Shown: one piece after another, positions 8,690 through 18,384 of the stretch
Numbering within the stretch: position 1 is the first letter of the stretch
Layout of the letters: every line of letters starts with the position of its first letter
Source of the DNA: Deltaproteobacteria bacterium
Lineage (GTDB): Bacteria > Myxococcota > Kuafuiibacteriia > Kuafuiibacteriales > Kuafuiibacteriaceae
Direction of reading: 5' to 3'
Assembly (NCBI GenBank): GCA_040218735.1
Contig: JAVJQW010000041.1
Location: forward strand, 64,001 to 128,000
Length of the DNA stretch: 64,000 bases
Program-made: the position numbers and the translations under genes
Notes under the pieces: model-generated
Database searches by the model: none
The model's input: only the letters and a program-made list of their open reading frames with translations
What the model was told of the DNA's origin: nothing

Positions 8690-10063
8690 CTACTCTACCC
8701 GCGCTCGCTTCACGGGGAGAACCAGCGCGGCCTCCAGGCCGCCGGCCTCGAGGTTCGCGAGGCGGAGGGTCCCGCCGTGTTGCTCGGCGATCGTCCTCGC
8801 GACGGCGAGGCCGATCCCGCTGCCCTGGGGTTTGGTGGTGGCGCCGATCTGGGTCGCGCGGCCGATGAGGTCGTCGGACATCCCGGGCCCTTCGTCGCGC
8901 ACGCCGACCGTGAGGACGTCGCCCTGGCTTTCGACGAACCACCGGACCGAAGCGTCGGCCGGGGTGGCGTCGATCGCGTTCATGAGGAGGTTGGTCAGCG
9001 CCTGTCCGAGCTTGCGGGGGTCGGCCTCGACTTCACCGATCACTTCGGGCGCGTCGATCGTAACGGACTGCTCGGCGGCGAACCCTTCGTGCAGCGACGT
9101 GAGCTCGGTGAGGAGTTCGCCCAGGTCGACGAGCTCCACGGTCAGCTCGCCGAGGGGGCGCGAGAAGTTGAGGAACTCGTCGAGGATGCTGCGGGTCCGG
9201 TCGAGCTCGCGCTCCAGGACCTCGAAGCGGCGCTCGCTGTTCTTCCCGCCGCGGCGGAGGAGCTGCACGAGGCCCTGCACCGACGCCAGCGGGTTCTTGA
9301 GCTCGTGGGCGATCGCTCCGGAGAGGTGCACGAGCTCGCGGTTGCGATCGGCGAGCGCGTTGACGGTCGCCTGGCGGGCGTCGATGGCGTCGTCGAGCAT
9401 TTGGTCCACCGTGCGCGACACGATCGTCCCGACCCGGATGAGGACGCCGCAGAGCGTCGACACCACGAAGCCGTAGGTGACCAGGAACCGCGGCCCCAGC
9501 GGGTCGAGCTCCAGGAACAACGGCGACAGCCGAGGCCACCAGCCGAAGATGGCGCCGAGGACCATCGTCCAGACGAGCCCCCACAGCGTGAGGATGAGGC
9601 CGACGCGGCCGCGTGTCTCGAGCACCACGCCGCCCACCAGGGAGATGACGCTGTAGATCGCGAGGAACGGGCTCTCGGCGCCGCCCGTGATCAGGATGAC
9701 CGACGACTGGATGACGACGCCGAACGCGAGGTCGACGCTGATGCTGGAGAGGACGAAGTCGCGGCCCCGGGCGATCCGGAGGAGATCGAAGACCGCGATC
9801 GGTGTGAAGACCAGCACCGCCCCGGCGACGAGCCAGCCCGGCCAGTCGAGCCGTTGAGTCAGCGCGAGCGTGACGATCAGCAGCACCGCGAGGGTGAGCC
9901 CGGCGGCGCGCGCGCGGGTGAGGCTGCGGATGATCCGGCCGACCTCGCGACGCCGAAGCGCGTTCTTCGTGAGCTCCGCCGGCGACACCGTGGGAGGCAG
10001 GTGCGAAATTCGTTCCGGATCGTCGAGCGACGCGAGGCTCGTGGCGTCCGCACGCTCCGACAT
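8690..10063 (-). CDS. Membrane sensor histidine kinase
   Basis: Several N-terminal TM helices; AHELKNPL H-box; N-box NAIDA; DEGPG and GSGIGL G-boxes. Confidence 0.93.
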   Translation of the reverse strand: MSERADATSLASLDDPERISHLPPTVSPAELTKNALRRREVGRIIRSLTRARAAGLTLAVLLIVTLALTQRLDWPGWLVAGAVLVFTPIAVFDLLRIARGRDFVLSSISVDLAFGVVIQSSVILITGGAESPFLAIYSVISLVGGVVLETRGRVGLILTLWGLVWTMVLGAIFGWWPRLSPLFLELDPLGPRFLVTYGFVVSTLCGVLIRVGTIVSRTVDQMLDDAIDARQATVNALADRNRELVHLSGAIAHELKNPLASVQGLVQLLRRGGKNSERRFEVLERELDRTRSILDEFLNFSRPLGELTVELVDLGELLTELTSLHEGFAAEQSVTIDAPEVIGEVEADPRKLGQALTNLLMNAIDATPADASVRWFVESQGDVLTVGVRDEGPGMSDDLIGRATQIGATTKPQGSGIGLAVARTIAEQHGGTLRLANLEAGGLEAALVLPVKRARVE

Positions 10064-10080
10064 GCCTCGGGTCTAGCGCG

Positions 10081-10132
10081 CCTGTCGGATTTTCTACAGG
10101 CGCCGCGCGCCAGCGGTCGGGACCTCTACAGG
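10081..10132. promoter_or_regulatory. Two putative enhancer (UAS) sites for the adjacent sigma54 activator
   Basis: CCTGT-CGGATTTTCT-ACAGG (10081-10100, TGT-N10-ACA) and GGT-CGGGACCTCT-ACAGG (10115-10132), 32 bp apart. Confidence 0.6.
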
Positions 10133-10160
10133 TTCGCGGCACGCCGCGCCGCGCCGTGGC

Positions 10161-10175
10161 TGGCCCCGAAGTTGC
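10161..10175 (+). promoter_or_regulatory. Sigma54 (-24/-12) promoter of the efflux operon
   Basis: TGGCCCCGAAGTTGC has exact GG-N10-GC spacing, 20 nt upstream of the TolC-family ATG. Confidence 0.7.
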
Positions 10176-10194
10176 GAAGGAGGGGGGCGTGACG

Positions 10195-11469
10195 ATGACT
10201 TCCTCCCTCCTGGCCGCGCTGGTCGCGGCCGCGCCGCTCACGATGCAGAGCGCCGTCGAAGAGGCGCTCTCGAGCTCCCCCGAGCTGAAGGCCGCGACCC
10301 ACCGGAGCGCCTCGGCTGAGGCCGCTGTGGACCAAGCGTCCTCCGCGTACCTGCCGCGGGTGTCGGTCCAGGCGCAGTACGTAGCGCGCGCTCCGAAGAA
10401 CCAGCTGCCCATCGAGCTCCCCCCGATCCCCGGCCTCGAGCCGGTCGGGGACATCGACGACATCCACCACGTGAACGCGGACCTCGTGCTCGGCTACCGC
10501 GTCCTCGATCTGTCGCGCGGTGCGCGCGCCGACGCCGCCGAAGCGAAGGTCCAGGCGGCCCGCGCCGACACCGACACGGCGAAGGCGCAGCTCGCGTTCG
10601 GCGTGCGAGCGAATTTCCTTGCGGCACTCTACGCCCGGGACGTCGAGAAGATCGCGACCGCGTCGCTCGTCGTCGCCGAGAGCGACGCGAAGCGTATCGC
10701 GTTGCGCACCGAGGCGGGCGTCGAGAGTGACGTCGCCCTCGCGCAGTCGCGCGTCCGCGTCGCGGAGCTGTCGGCGCAGCTCGCTCGCGCGAAGAACGAA
10801 CGCAGGCGCTACGCCGAGCAGCTGATGGTGCTGCTCGGTCGCGAAGCGCCTCCCGAGGTGACCGGGGACCTCGCCGCCCTCGCGGCGGGCTCCGCGCTCC
10901 CCGAGCTCGACAGCAACCCGCGGCTCACGAAGGCGCGCCACGAACGGAGCGCCGCGCTGTCGATGGCGAAGAGCGCGTCGCGCGGCATCGTCCCGACCGT
11001 CGACGTGTTCGGGACCATCGGCGTCGCCTACCCACGCGCGCTGCAGCTCGAGCTCGGCCCCGTCTACACGTTCGGCGTAAAGCTGGAGTGGCTCGCGTTC
11101 GACGGCGGGCTGCGCTCGGCGCAGGCGGACGGCTTCGAGAAGAACGCCGCCGCGGTCGAAGCGATGTCCGACGCCACGCGCCGGGAGCTGCTCCGTCGCC
11201 TCGCGCAGGTCGAGGCCAAGGAGGCTACGGCGCGCGCCGATCTCGAGTCCGCGTCACGCACGTTGGAGGAGACGAAGGTCTACCTGCGGGTCGCAAAGAC
11301 CGCGGTGTCCGCCGGCACCGGAACGGAGCTCGACGTGCACACCGCCGAGCTCGGCTTGGACCGCGCCAAGATGGCGATGAAGAAGGCCGAGCTCGACATC
11401 GCCCTCGCGCAGGCCGAGCGCCTCTTCGTCCACGGCGTCGCCGTCCAGACCTCAGGGAGCCACCCATGA
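10195..11469 (+). CDS. TolC family outer membrane efflux protein
   Basis: Signal peptide; LTMQSAVEEAL...YLPRVS; two OEP repeats ending AGTGTELDV. Confidence 0.9.
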   Translation: MTSSLLAALVAAAPLTMQSAVEEALSSSPELKAATHRSASAEAAVDQASSAYLPRVSVQAQYVARAPKNQLPIELPPIPGLEPVGDIDDIHHVNADLVLGYRVLDLSRGARADAAEAKVQAARADTDTAKAQLAFGVRANFLAALYARDVEKIATASLVVAESDAKRIALRTEAGVESDVALAQSRVRVAELSAQLARAKNERRRYAEQLMVLLGREAPPEVTGDLAALAAGSALPELDSNPRLTKARHERSAALSMAKSASRGIVPTVDVFGTIGVAYPRALQLELGPVYTFGVKLEWLAFDGGLRSAQADGFEKNAAAVEAMSDATRRELLRRLAQVEAKEATARADLESASRTLEETKVYLRVAKTAVSAGTGTELDVHTAELGLDRAKMAMKKAELDIALAQAERLFVHGVAVQTSGSHP

Positions 11470-12509
11470 AACGCATCATCGTCCCGTTCGTCCTCATCAG
11501 CTGCGCGATCGCCCTCGCGCTCTTCTTCAAGGTCCGCGACGACCGCGCGGCCACCGAGGGGCCCGCTGGGTCGTCGGGGATCGTCGAAGGCACCACGGTG
11601 GACGTCGCCGCTCGCCTCGCGGCTCGACTGGAATCCGTCGACGTCGTCGAAGGGCAGGCGGTGAAACGCGGCGACACGATCGCGACGCTCGCCTGCGACG
11701 AGCCCCGCGCGATGCTCGCCGCCGCGCAGGCCAAACACGACGCCGCGAAGCGTCAGGCCGACGCCGCCGCGGCGCAGGCCACCTCCGCGCTCGCCGCGAT
11801 CGACGCCGCGTCCGCGCAGGTCGGGGCGGCCGGCGCGCAGAAGGCCGCGGTGGAGGCGAACCAGGGGACGAGCGAGCGGCAGGTCCAGCGGCTCTCCAAG
11901 CTCGAAGGCTCCGGGGGCGCGACCGCGATGGATCTCGACCGTGCGAGCGCCGCCGCGACACAACTCTCGGAGCAGGTCCGCGCGCTCGACGCGCAGCTCC
12001 GCGCGGCGAAGGGGCAGGCGCGAGCGGCGAAGGGGCAGGCGGAGGCGGCGCGTGCGCAGGCCGAGGCGGCGAAGGTCGCGATCCTCGCGGCGCAGGCCGA
12101 TGTCGCTCGCGCCACGAGCGTCGTCGCGGAGTGCACGTTGGTGGCGCCGATGTCCGGCGTCGTTTCGATCCGAGCGTACGAGCCGGGCGAGGTCGTGCTC
12201 CCGGGTGCGCGGGTCGTCACGCTCGTGCAGCTCGATCAGGTCGAAGTCACCTTCTACGTCCCCAACCGCGACCTCGGAGCGGTGGAGGCGGGGCGCAGTG
12301 TGTCCATCGTGGCCGACGCGTACCCGGACGAGCAGTTCTCCGGGACGATCGCCCACGTCGCGGCCGAGGCCGAGTTCACGCCGCGCAACGTGCAGACCAA
12401 GGAAGACCGCGACCGCCTCGTCTACGCGGTGCGCGCGAAGCTCGAGAACTCGGACCATCGCCTGAGGCCCGGGATGCCGGTCGAAGTTCGGGTGGGAGGT
12501 GGCTCGTGA
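11466..12509 (+). CDS. HlyD family membrane fusion protein (YbhG-like)
   Basis: ATGA overlap; N-terminal TM; VVEGQAVKRGD lipoyl half-motif; AEFTPRNVQT; LRPGMPVEV. Confidence 0.92.
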   Translation: MKRIIVPFVLISCAIALALFFKVRDDRAATEGPAGSSGIVEGTTVDVAARLAARLESVDVVEGQAVKRGDTIATLACDEPRAMLAAAQAKHDAAKRQADAAAAQATSALAAIDAASAQVGAAGAQKAAVEANQGTSERQVQRLSKLEGSGGATAMDLDRASAAATQLSEQVRALDAQLRAAKGQARAAKGQAEAARAQAEAAKVAILAAQADVARATSVVAECTLVAPMSGVVSIRAYEPGEVVLPGARVVTLVQLDQVEVTFYVPNRDLGAVEAGRSVSIVADAYPDEQFSGTIAHVAAEAEFTPRNVQTKEDRDRLVYAVRAKLENSDHRLRPGMPVEVRVGGGS

Positions 12510-13243
12510 GCGCGCTGATCGCCCAGGAGCTCGTGCGCACGTTCGGAAAGACCCGCGCGCTCGACGGCCTCTCCTTCGAGGTCGCCCCCGGCGAGCTCTA
12601 CGGCCTCGTCGGCCCGGACGGTGCGGGCAAGACCACGACGCTGAGGATCCTCGCCGGCGTCATGAAGCCGACCGACGGTGCCGCGTACGTGTTCGGCAAG
12701 GACCCGATGTCGACGGACGAACACGTGCGTTCGTCGATCGGCTACATGCCGCAGCAGTACAGCCTCTACGGTGATCTCTCGGTCGACGAGAACCTGCACT
12801 TCTTCTCGAAGATGTTCTGCCTGGATCGCGCGACCTACCAAGAGCGGCGGGAGCGTCTCCTCGGCATCACGCGCCTCGGTCGCTTCACCGACCGACGCGC
12901 CGACGCGCTCTCCGGCGGCATGTACAAGAAACTCGCGCTCGCCTGCTCGCTCCTGTCGCGCCCCGACGTCCTGATCCTCGACGAACCCACCAACGGCGTC
13001 GACCCGGTCAGCCGCCGCGAGCTGTGGGCGCTGCTCTTCGAGCTGGTGGAGGAGGGCATGGCGGTCATCGTCTCCACCGCGTACATGGACGAAGCCGAAC
13101 GCTGCCACCGCGTCGGGCTCCTCTTCGAAGGGCGCCTCCTCGTCGAAGGTGACCCCACCGCGCTCCTCGCCGACTACCGGCGCTCGCAACCCAGCGCCAC
13201 GTTCGAGGACGTCTTCCTCGCGACGGTCCGAGGTGCAGCGTGA
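12506..13243 (+). CDS. ABC transporter ATP-binding protein (YbhF N-half-like)
   Basis: GPDGAGKTT, LSGGM, ILDEPT; GTGA overlap. Confidence 0.93.
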   Translation: MSALIAQELVRTFGKTRALDGLSFEVAPGELYGLVGPDGAGKTTTLRILAGVMKPTDGAAYVFGKDPMSTDEHVRSSIGYMPQQYSLYGDLSVDENLHFFSKMFCLDRATYQERRERLLGITRLGRFTDRRADALSGGMYKKLALACSLLSRPDVLILDEPTNGVDPVSRRELWALLFELVEEGMAVIVSTAYMDEAERCHRVGLLFEGRLLVEGDPTALLADYRRSQPSATFEDVFLATVRGAA

Positions 13244-14142
13244 ACGCGATCGAGGTCCAGGGCCTGACCCGCCGCTTCGGTGACTTCACCGCGGTCGACG
13301 CGGTGTCGTTCGAAGTGAAGCAGCGCGAGATCTTCGGCTACCTCGGCGCGAACGGCGCCGGGAAATCGACGACGATCCGCATGCTCTGTGGCCTCCTCAT
13401 GCCCACGGACGGCGTTGCGCGCGTCGCGGGGATCGACGTGCTCGCGGACCCGGAAGGCGTGAAGCGCAGCATCGGCTACATGTCCCAGCGCTTCTCGCTC
13501 TACATGGACCTGCACGTGCGCGAGAACCTCGAGTTCTTCGGGGGCGCCTACGGCGTTCCATTCAAACGACTCAACGAACGCATCGAGCTGTGCCTGGAGC
13601 GCGTTGGCCTCGCGGACGAAGCCGACACCATGACCGGCGCGCTCCCCGGCGGCACCCGGCAGCGTGTCGCGCTCGCCTCCGCGCTCCTCCACGAACCGAA
13701 GATCCTCTTCCTCGACGAACCCACCGCGGGCGTCGATCCGGAGTCCCGCCGCCGCTTCTGGCGGCTCATCCGTGACCTTGCCGCGACCGGCACCACGATC
13801 TTCGTGACGACGCACTACATGGACGAAGCCGAGTACTGCGATCGCATCGGCCTCATGGTCGACGGCAAGCTCGTCGCGCTCGACACCCCCGCCGGCCTCA
13901 AAGCCGAGTACGTCCCGGGTGCGCTCGTGCGCTTCGACGGTCCCGACGTCCGCCGCTCCATTCGCACCTGGGCCGCACAGGACGGCGTCATCGAAGCGCA
14001 CCCCTTCGGCGCCGGGGTCCACATTCGCTACGACCCGAACCTCACGAACCCGGACCGCCTCCAGGCCGTCGTCGGCGGAGCCCTCACGAGGAAGGCCGTC
14101 GACGCCACGCTGGAGGACGTCTTCCTGGCGGTGGCGGGATGA
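13240..14142 (+). CDS. ABC transporter ATP-binding protein (YbhF C-half-like)
   Basis: GANGAGKST, LPGG signature, FLDEPT, TTHYMDEAE. Confidence 0.93.
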   Translation: MNAIEVQGLTRRFGDFTAVDAVSFEVKQREIFGYLGANGAGKSTTIRMLCGLLMPTDGVARVAGIDVLADPEGVKRSIGYMSQRFSLYMDLHVRENLEFFGGAYGVPFKRLNERIELCLERVGLADEADTMTGALPGGTRQRVALASALLHEPKILFLDEPTAGVDPESRRRFWRLIRDLAATGTTIFVTTHYMDEAEYCDRIGLMVDGKLVALDTPAGLKAEYVPGALVRFDGPDVRRSIRTWAAQDGVIEAHPFGAGVHIRYDPNLTNPDRLQAVVGGALTRKAVDATLEDVFLAVAG

Positions 14143-15251
14143 AGCGATTCCTCATCCGGCTCGGAGCGCTCGCGCAGAAGGAGACGCTCCACATGTTGCG
14201 CGACCCGCAGGTCGTGTACCTCGCGCTCGGCCTCCCGCTGGTGCTCGTGCTGTTGTTCGGGTACGCGGTGAGCTTCGACGTCGAGGACGTGCATATCGCC
14301 GTCGTCGATCGCGATCGCACCGCCGCCTCGCGCGCGTTCATCCAGCGCCTCGACGTGTCGGACGCGTTCGACGTCGTCATGCAGCTCGAGACCGAGGCGG
14401 AGATCGAGCCGCTGCTGCGGCGCGACGCGATGAAGGCGGCCTTGATCGTCCCGCGCGGGTTCGCGGCGTCGTCGATGCGTGGTGACGCCACGAAGCTCCA
14501 GCTCGTCATGGACGGCGCCGACGGGACGACGGCCCGCATCGCGCTCGCGTACGCGGCGGCCGCCGGGCAGGCGGAGATGCAGCGGCTCGTCGGGGAGATC
14601 GACCCGCCGATCGAAGCGCGCGTCCGCACCTGGTTCAACCCGCGTATGGAGTCGGCGTGGTTCGTGGTCCCCGGCCTCGTGGCGGTGATCCTCGCGGTGC
14701 TCGCGGTCCTCCTCTCCGCGCTCACCGTCGCGCGCGAGTGGGAGCGCGGCTCGATGGAGCAGCTCTTCGCGACGCCGGTGGATCGCATGAGCGTCGTCCT
14801 CGGGAAGATGCTCCCGTACGTCGCGCTCGGCATCGTGCAGTTCGTCCTGGTGCTCGCGTTGGGGACGTTGCTGTTCGGCGTCCCTCTGCAAGGCAACTTC
14901 CTCATCCTGCTGATCGCGGTCGTCTTGTTCCTGGTGTGTGTGCTCGGGCAGGGGCTCTTCATCAGCATGGTGACCAAGAGCCAGCAGGTCGCGACGCAGA
15001 TCGGCGCGGTGAGCGCGATCCTCCCGTCGCTGCTGCTGAGCGGGTTCCTCTTCCCCATCGAGAACATGCCGGCGCCGCTCCAGGTCGTCGCGAGGATCGT
15101 CCCCGCGCGTTACCTCATCGCGATCATGCGCGGCGTGCTGCTGCAGGACCGCGGCTTCGCGCAGCTGTGGCCGGCGCTCCTCAGCCTGGTCGCGATCGGT
15201 GTCGTGATCATCGGCGTGACGACGATGAAATTCGAAAGGCGGTTGGACTGA
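14139..15251 (+). CDS. ABC-2 type permease (YbhS-like)
   Basis: KETLHMLRD, AREWERGSMEQL, LSGFLFPIENMP. Confidence 0.93.
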   Translation: MKRFLIRLGALAQKETLHMLRDPQVVYLALGLPLVLVLLFGYAVSFDVEDVHIAVVDRDRTAASRAFIQRLDVSDAFDVVMQLETEAEIEPLLRRDAMKAALIVPRGFAASSMRGDATKLQLVMDGADGTTARIALAYAAAAGQAEMQRLVGEIDPPIEARVRTWFNPRMESAWFVVPGLVAVILAVLAVLLSALTVAREWERGSMEQLFATPVDRMSVVLGKMLPYVALGIVQFVLVLALGTLLFGVPLQGNFLILLIAVVLFLVCVLGQGLFISMVTKSQQVATQIGAVSAILPSLLLSGFLFPIENMPAPLQVVARIVPARYLIAIMRGVLLQDRGFAQLWPALLSLVAIGVVIIGVTTMKFERRLD

Positions 15252-16381
15252 TGTGGAACGCGTTGCGAAGTGTGATGCGCAAAGAGCTTAGGCAGACGTT
15301 CCGCGACAAGCGGATGTTCGCCGTGCTGTTCATCGCGCCCGTCCTCCAACTGACGTTGCTCGGCTTCGCGGTCGACCTCGACGTGGATCGCGTCCCCGCC
15401 GCAATCGTCGACGACGATCGGTCCGACGCGAGCCGTGACTTCGTCAGCGCGTTGTTCGCCGACGGGACGCTCGTGCCCGCGCCTGAGACCGACGGTCCGG
15501 GGCACCCCTTGGAAGAGGGGACGGCGAGCGTCGTCGTCGTGCTCCCGCGCGGCTTCGCGGACGACCTCGCGCACGGCCGCACCGTCGACGTTCAAGCGCT
15601 CGTCGACGGCACGGATCCCATCCGGGCGCAGGCTGCAATCGCGCACGTCACGCAGCTCGCGCAGCAGCGTGGCATCACCGCGATCCGCACACGGATGGAG
15701 GCGGCGGCGGGGCTGCGCGGTGCGGCGCCGACGCTGCCGACGATCACGATCGAGCCCCGCGTGCTCTACAACCCGTCGCTCGAGAGCCCGGTGTACATGG
15801 TGCCGGGCGTCGCGGCGATGGTGCTGCTGATCGTCACGACGGTGATCACCGCGATGAGCATCGCGCGCGAAAAGGAGCTCGGCACGATCGAGCAGCTGCT
15901 CGTGACGCCGATGCGTCCGCTCGTCCTGCTCCTCGGCAAGGTGCTCCCCTTCGGCGCGATCGGTCTCGTGGCGGCGGGGGTGGTGATCTCGGTCGGAACC
16001 CACGTCTTCGACGTCCCCGTGCGCGGCTCGCTCCTCGCGCTCGGCCTCGGAACGGTGCTCTACCTGATGAGCACGCTGGGGACGGGGGTGTTCATCAGTA
16101 CGATGGCGAAGAATCAGCAGCAGGCGATCCTCGGCGGGTTCTTCTTCATCATGCCGGCCATCCTGCTGTCCGGATTCATGAGCCCCGTGGAGAACATGCC
16201 GGATTGGATCCAAGCGATCTCCTCCGTGAACCCGGTGCGCTACTACGTTCAGATCCTGCGGGCGGTGTTGCTCAAGGGCGCGACGATCGCGGACCTGTGG
16301 TTCCCGATGATCGCGTTGGGACTTTTTGGCGCAAGTATCCTCGGGCTGAGCGCGAACCGGTTCCGTAAGCGCCTCGCTTGA
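15251..16381 (+). CDS. ABC-2 type permease (YbhR-like)
   Basis: TGATG overlap; KELRQTFRD, AREKELGTIEQL, LSGFMSPVENMP. Confidence 0.93.
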   Translation: MWNALRSVMRKELRQTFRDKRMFAVLFIAPVLQLTLLGFAVDLDVDRVPAAIVDDDRSDASRDFVSALFADGTLVPAPETDGPGHPLEEGTASVVVVLPRGFADDLAHGRTVDVQALVDGTDPIRAQAAIAHVTQLAQQRGITAIRTRMEAAAGLRGAAPTLPTITIEPRVLYNPSLESPVYMVPGVAAMVLLIVTTVITAMSIAREKELGTIEQLLVTPMRPLVLLLGKVLPFGAIGLVAAGVVISVGTHVFDVPVRGSLLALGLGTVLYLMSTLGTGVFISTMAKNQQQAILGGFFFIMPAILLSGFMSPVENMPDWIQAISSVNPVRYYVQILRAVLLKGATIADLWFPMIALGLFGASILGLSANRFRKRLA

Positions 16382-16460
16382 TGTCACGTCGACTGCGGGA
16401 ATTCGGTTTGCGTCGTCGTCAGCTTCGGTGCGCGCGTCGCCGCGGACTACGCTCGTCGCG

Positions 16461-17945
16461 ATGCGACGACTCCCTTCGATCGTCTTGTTCGGTCTCGCCC
16501 TCGCGCTCGGCGCCTGCTCCGACGAGCCCGGCGGCGGCGGTGACGACGACATCGACGGCCGCGACGGCGGCATGTCCGTCAACGGTGGCGACGACGGCGG
16601 TAGCGACGGCGACGGCGGCACCGGCGGCGACGGCGACGGCGGTGGCGGTGTTGGCGACGGCGGTCGGGACGGCGGCGACCCGCTGACGCAGACGCGCTCC
16701 GAGTTCTGCAGCGGCTCCGGGAGCGTCGTGATCGTCGGCGGCGGCGGCGAGTGTGCGGGCGAGATCGCGGAGGACACGTTCCGCTTCGCGCTCTGCACCT
16801 GTGAGGGCACGTCCGTCGGATCGCAGCTGTCGCTCGACGCGTTCGACTCCACCGTCGGCCCCTACGGCGGCGCGAACATCCTCGACGACGGGAGCCTGGG
16901 CTCGAACGGCGCGCTCGACATCGACGGCAAACTCACGGCGCGCGGCTCTGCGTTCATCCACGGCGGCGGGTTCAGCGTGGGCCCCGAGGGCGAGGTCCTC
17001 GGCACCGTCTACGCGAACGGCGACGCGGTTCAGTCCAACTCCTCGACCGACATCGGTCGCAACGCGTTCTTCAACGGCAACGTCTCGGGGCGCTTCAACA
17101 TCGAGGGCACACTGAAGGTGCCTGCGAATGCCACGGTCGGTCCGCAGGTCCGCGCGACCGGCGGCATCATCCGCGGCCCCGTGCAGACCGCAGCGCCGTG
17201 CCCGTGTGGGGCCGACGAAATCCTCGACATCGGCGCGCTCACCTCGTGGGCTTCGGATCCCGCGAACAACGACAACGACGAGGCGCCGCGAGTGCTCACC
17301 TCCACGACGTGGGAGGGCGGCCAAGGTCCGACGTCGATGACGCTGCCGTGCGGCCGCTACTACGTCACGTCGATCGATGCACCGAACCTCACGCTCCGCG
17401 TCGAAGGGCGCGTCGTGTTGTTCGTGGACGGCGACATGTTGATCGACGGTCCGCTCACGATCGACATCGCGTCCGAGGATGCGGAGATCGATCTGTTCAT
17501 CCGCGGCAACCTCGCGGTGCGCGCCGCGGCGCGCTTCGGCTCGGCCGACGCTCCGGCGCGAACGCGTACGTACGTGGGCGGGAGCGACACGATCGATCTC
17601 TCCGCCTCCGCCCGGTTCGGCGGTAACCTCTACGCACCGCGGGCGCTCGTTCGCTTCGGCGCCTCCGCCGAGCTCTACGGCGCGCTGTTCGCGCGCTCCG
17701 TGGAGTTCGGCGCCTCGGCGACCGTCCACTTCGACACCGCGATCCGCTCCGAAGGTGACGACTGCGACGAAGAGGAGATGGACGGCGGCGTCCGCGACGC
17801 AGGCCCGCGCCCCGACGCCGGGCCGATGCCCGACGCCGGCGTTCGCGACGGCGGCCCGCGTGACGCGGGGCCGGAGTGCACCGAGGACATCGACTGCCCG
17901 GCGCCGGAGCTGTGCATCGAAGGGAACTGCGAGATCCCGTTCTGA
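16461..17945 (+). CDS. Lipoprotein with Gly/Asp linker, beta-rich (beta-helix-like) domain and C-terminal Cys motif
   Basis: Lipobox LGAC; GD-rich linker; GNLYAPRA/GALFARSV strand repeats; terminal CTEDIDCPAPELCIEGNC. Confidence 0.8.
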   Translation: MRRLPSIVLFGLALALGACSDEPGGGGDDDIDGRDGGMSVNGGDDGGSDGDGGTGGDGDGGGGVGDGGRDGGDPLTQTRSEFCSGSGSVVIVGGGGECAGEIAEDTFRFALCTCEGTSVGSQLSLDAFDSTVGPYGGANILDDGSLGSNGALDIDGKLTARGSAFIHGGGFSVGPEGEVLGTVYANGDAVQSNSSTDIGRNAFFNGNVSGRFNIEGTLKVPANATVGPQVRATGGIIRGPVQTAAPCPCGADEILDIGALTSWASDPANNDNDEAPRVLTSTTWEGGQGPTSMTLPCGRYYVTSIDAPNLTLRVEGRVVLFVDGDMLIDGPLTIDIASEDAEIDLFIRGNLAVRAAARFGSADAPARTRTYVGGSDTIDLSASARFGGNLYAPRALVRFGASAELYGALFARSVEFGASATVHFDTAIRSEGDDCDEEEMDGGVRDAGPRPDAGPMPDAGVRDGGPRDAGPECTEDIDCPAPELCIEGNCEIPF

Positions 17946-17979
17946 CGCGCCGGAGTCGAGTGCGCTATCTTCGAACGAC

Positions 17980-18384
17980 GTGAGCGACCGACAGGCCGAA
18001 GTCCTCGCCGCGAACTCGGCGTTCTACGCCGCGTTCTCGGCGGGGGATGTGAATCGCATGGACACAATCTGGGCGGAGGACGCGCTCGTCACCTGCACAC
18101 ACCCGGGCTGGGACGTGTTGGTCGGGCGCGTCCACGTGATGGCCAGCTGGATGGGGATCCTGAGCGGGCAGGTCACGCCGGCGAAGGTGGAGTGCCACGA
18201 CGCGCAGGTTCAGATCGCCGGGGACCTCGCGGTCGTGACTTGTGTCGAGCACATCGCCGACGCGCGGATCGCGGCGACGAACGTGTTCGTCCGCGAGGAC
18301 GACCGCTGGCGAATGACCCATCACCACGGCGGACAGATCGTCCAGACCGTGACGTTCACCCCCTCGCCCGATCAACTCAACTGA
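17980..18384 (+). CDS. NTF2/SnoaL-like protein
   Basis: ANSAFYAAF...CTHPGW...ATNVF...WRMTHHH pattern. Confidence 0.85.
   Translation: MSDRQAEVLAANSAFYAAFSAGDVNRMDTIWAEDALVTCTHPGWDVLVGRVHVMASWMGILSGQVTPAKVECHDAQVQIAGDLAVVTCVEHIADARIAATNVFVREDDRWRMTHHHGGQIVQTVTFTPSPDQLN

Noticed and set aside
12506-14142. Two tandem ABC ATPases as a frameshifted single ybhF
   Set aside because: Each has its own start, a GTGA overlap and a complete C-terminal (F/L)EDVFLA motif; the split form is common.
16530-16680. GGC/GAC-rich tract as a DNA microsatellite
   Set aside because: Explained by a coding Gly/Asp linker.
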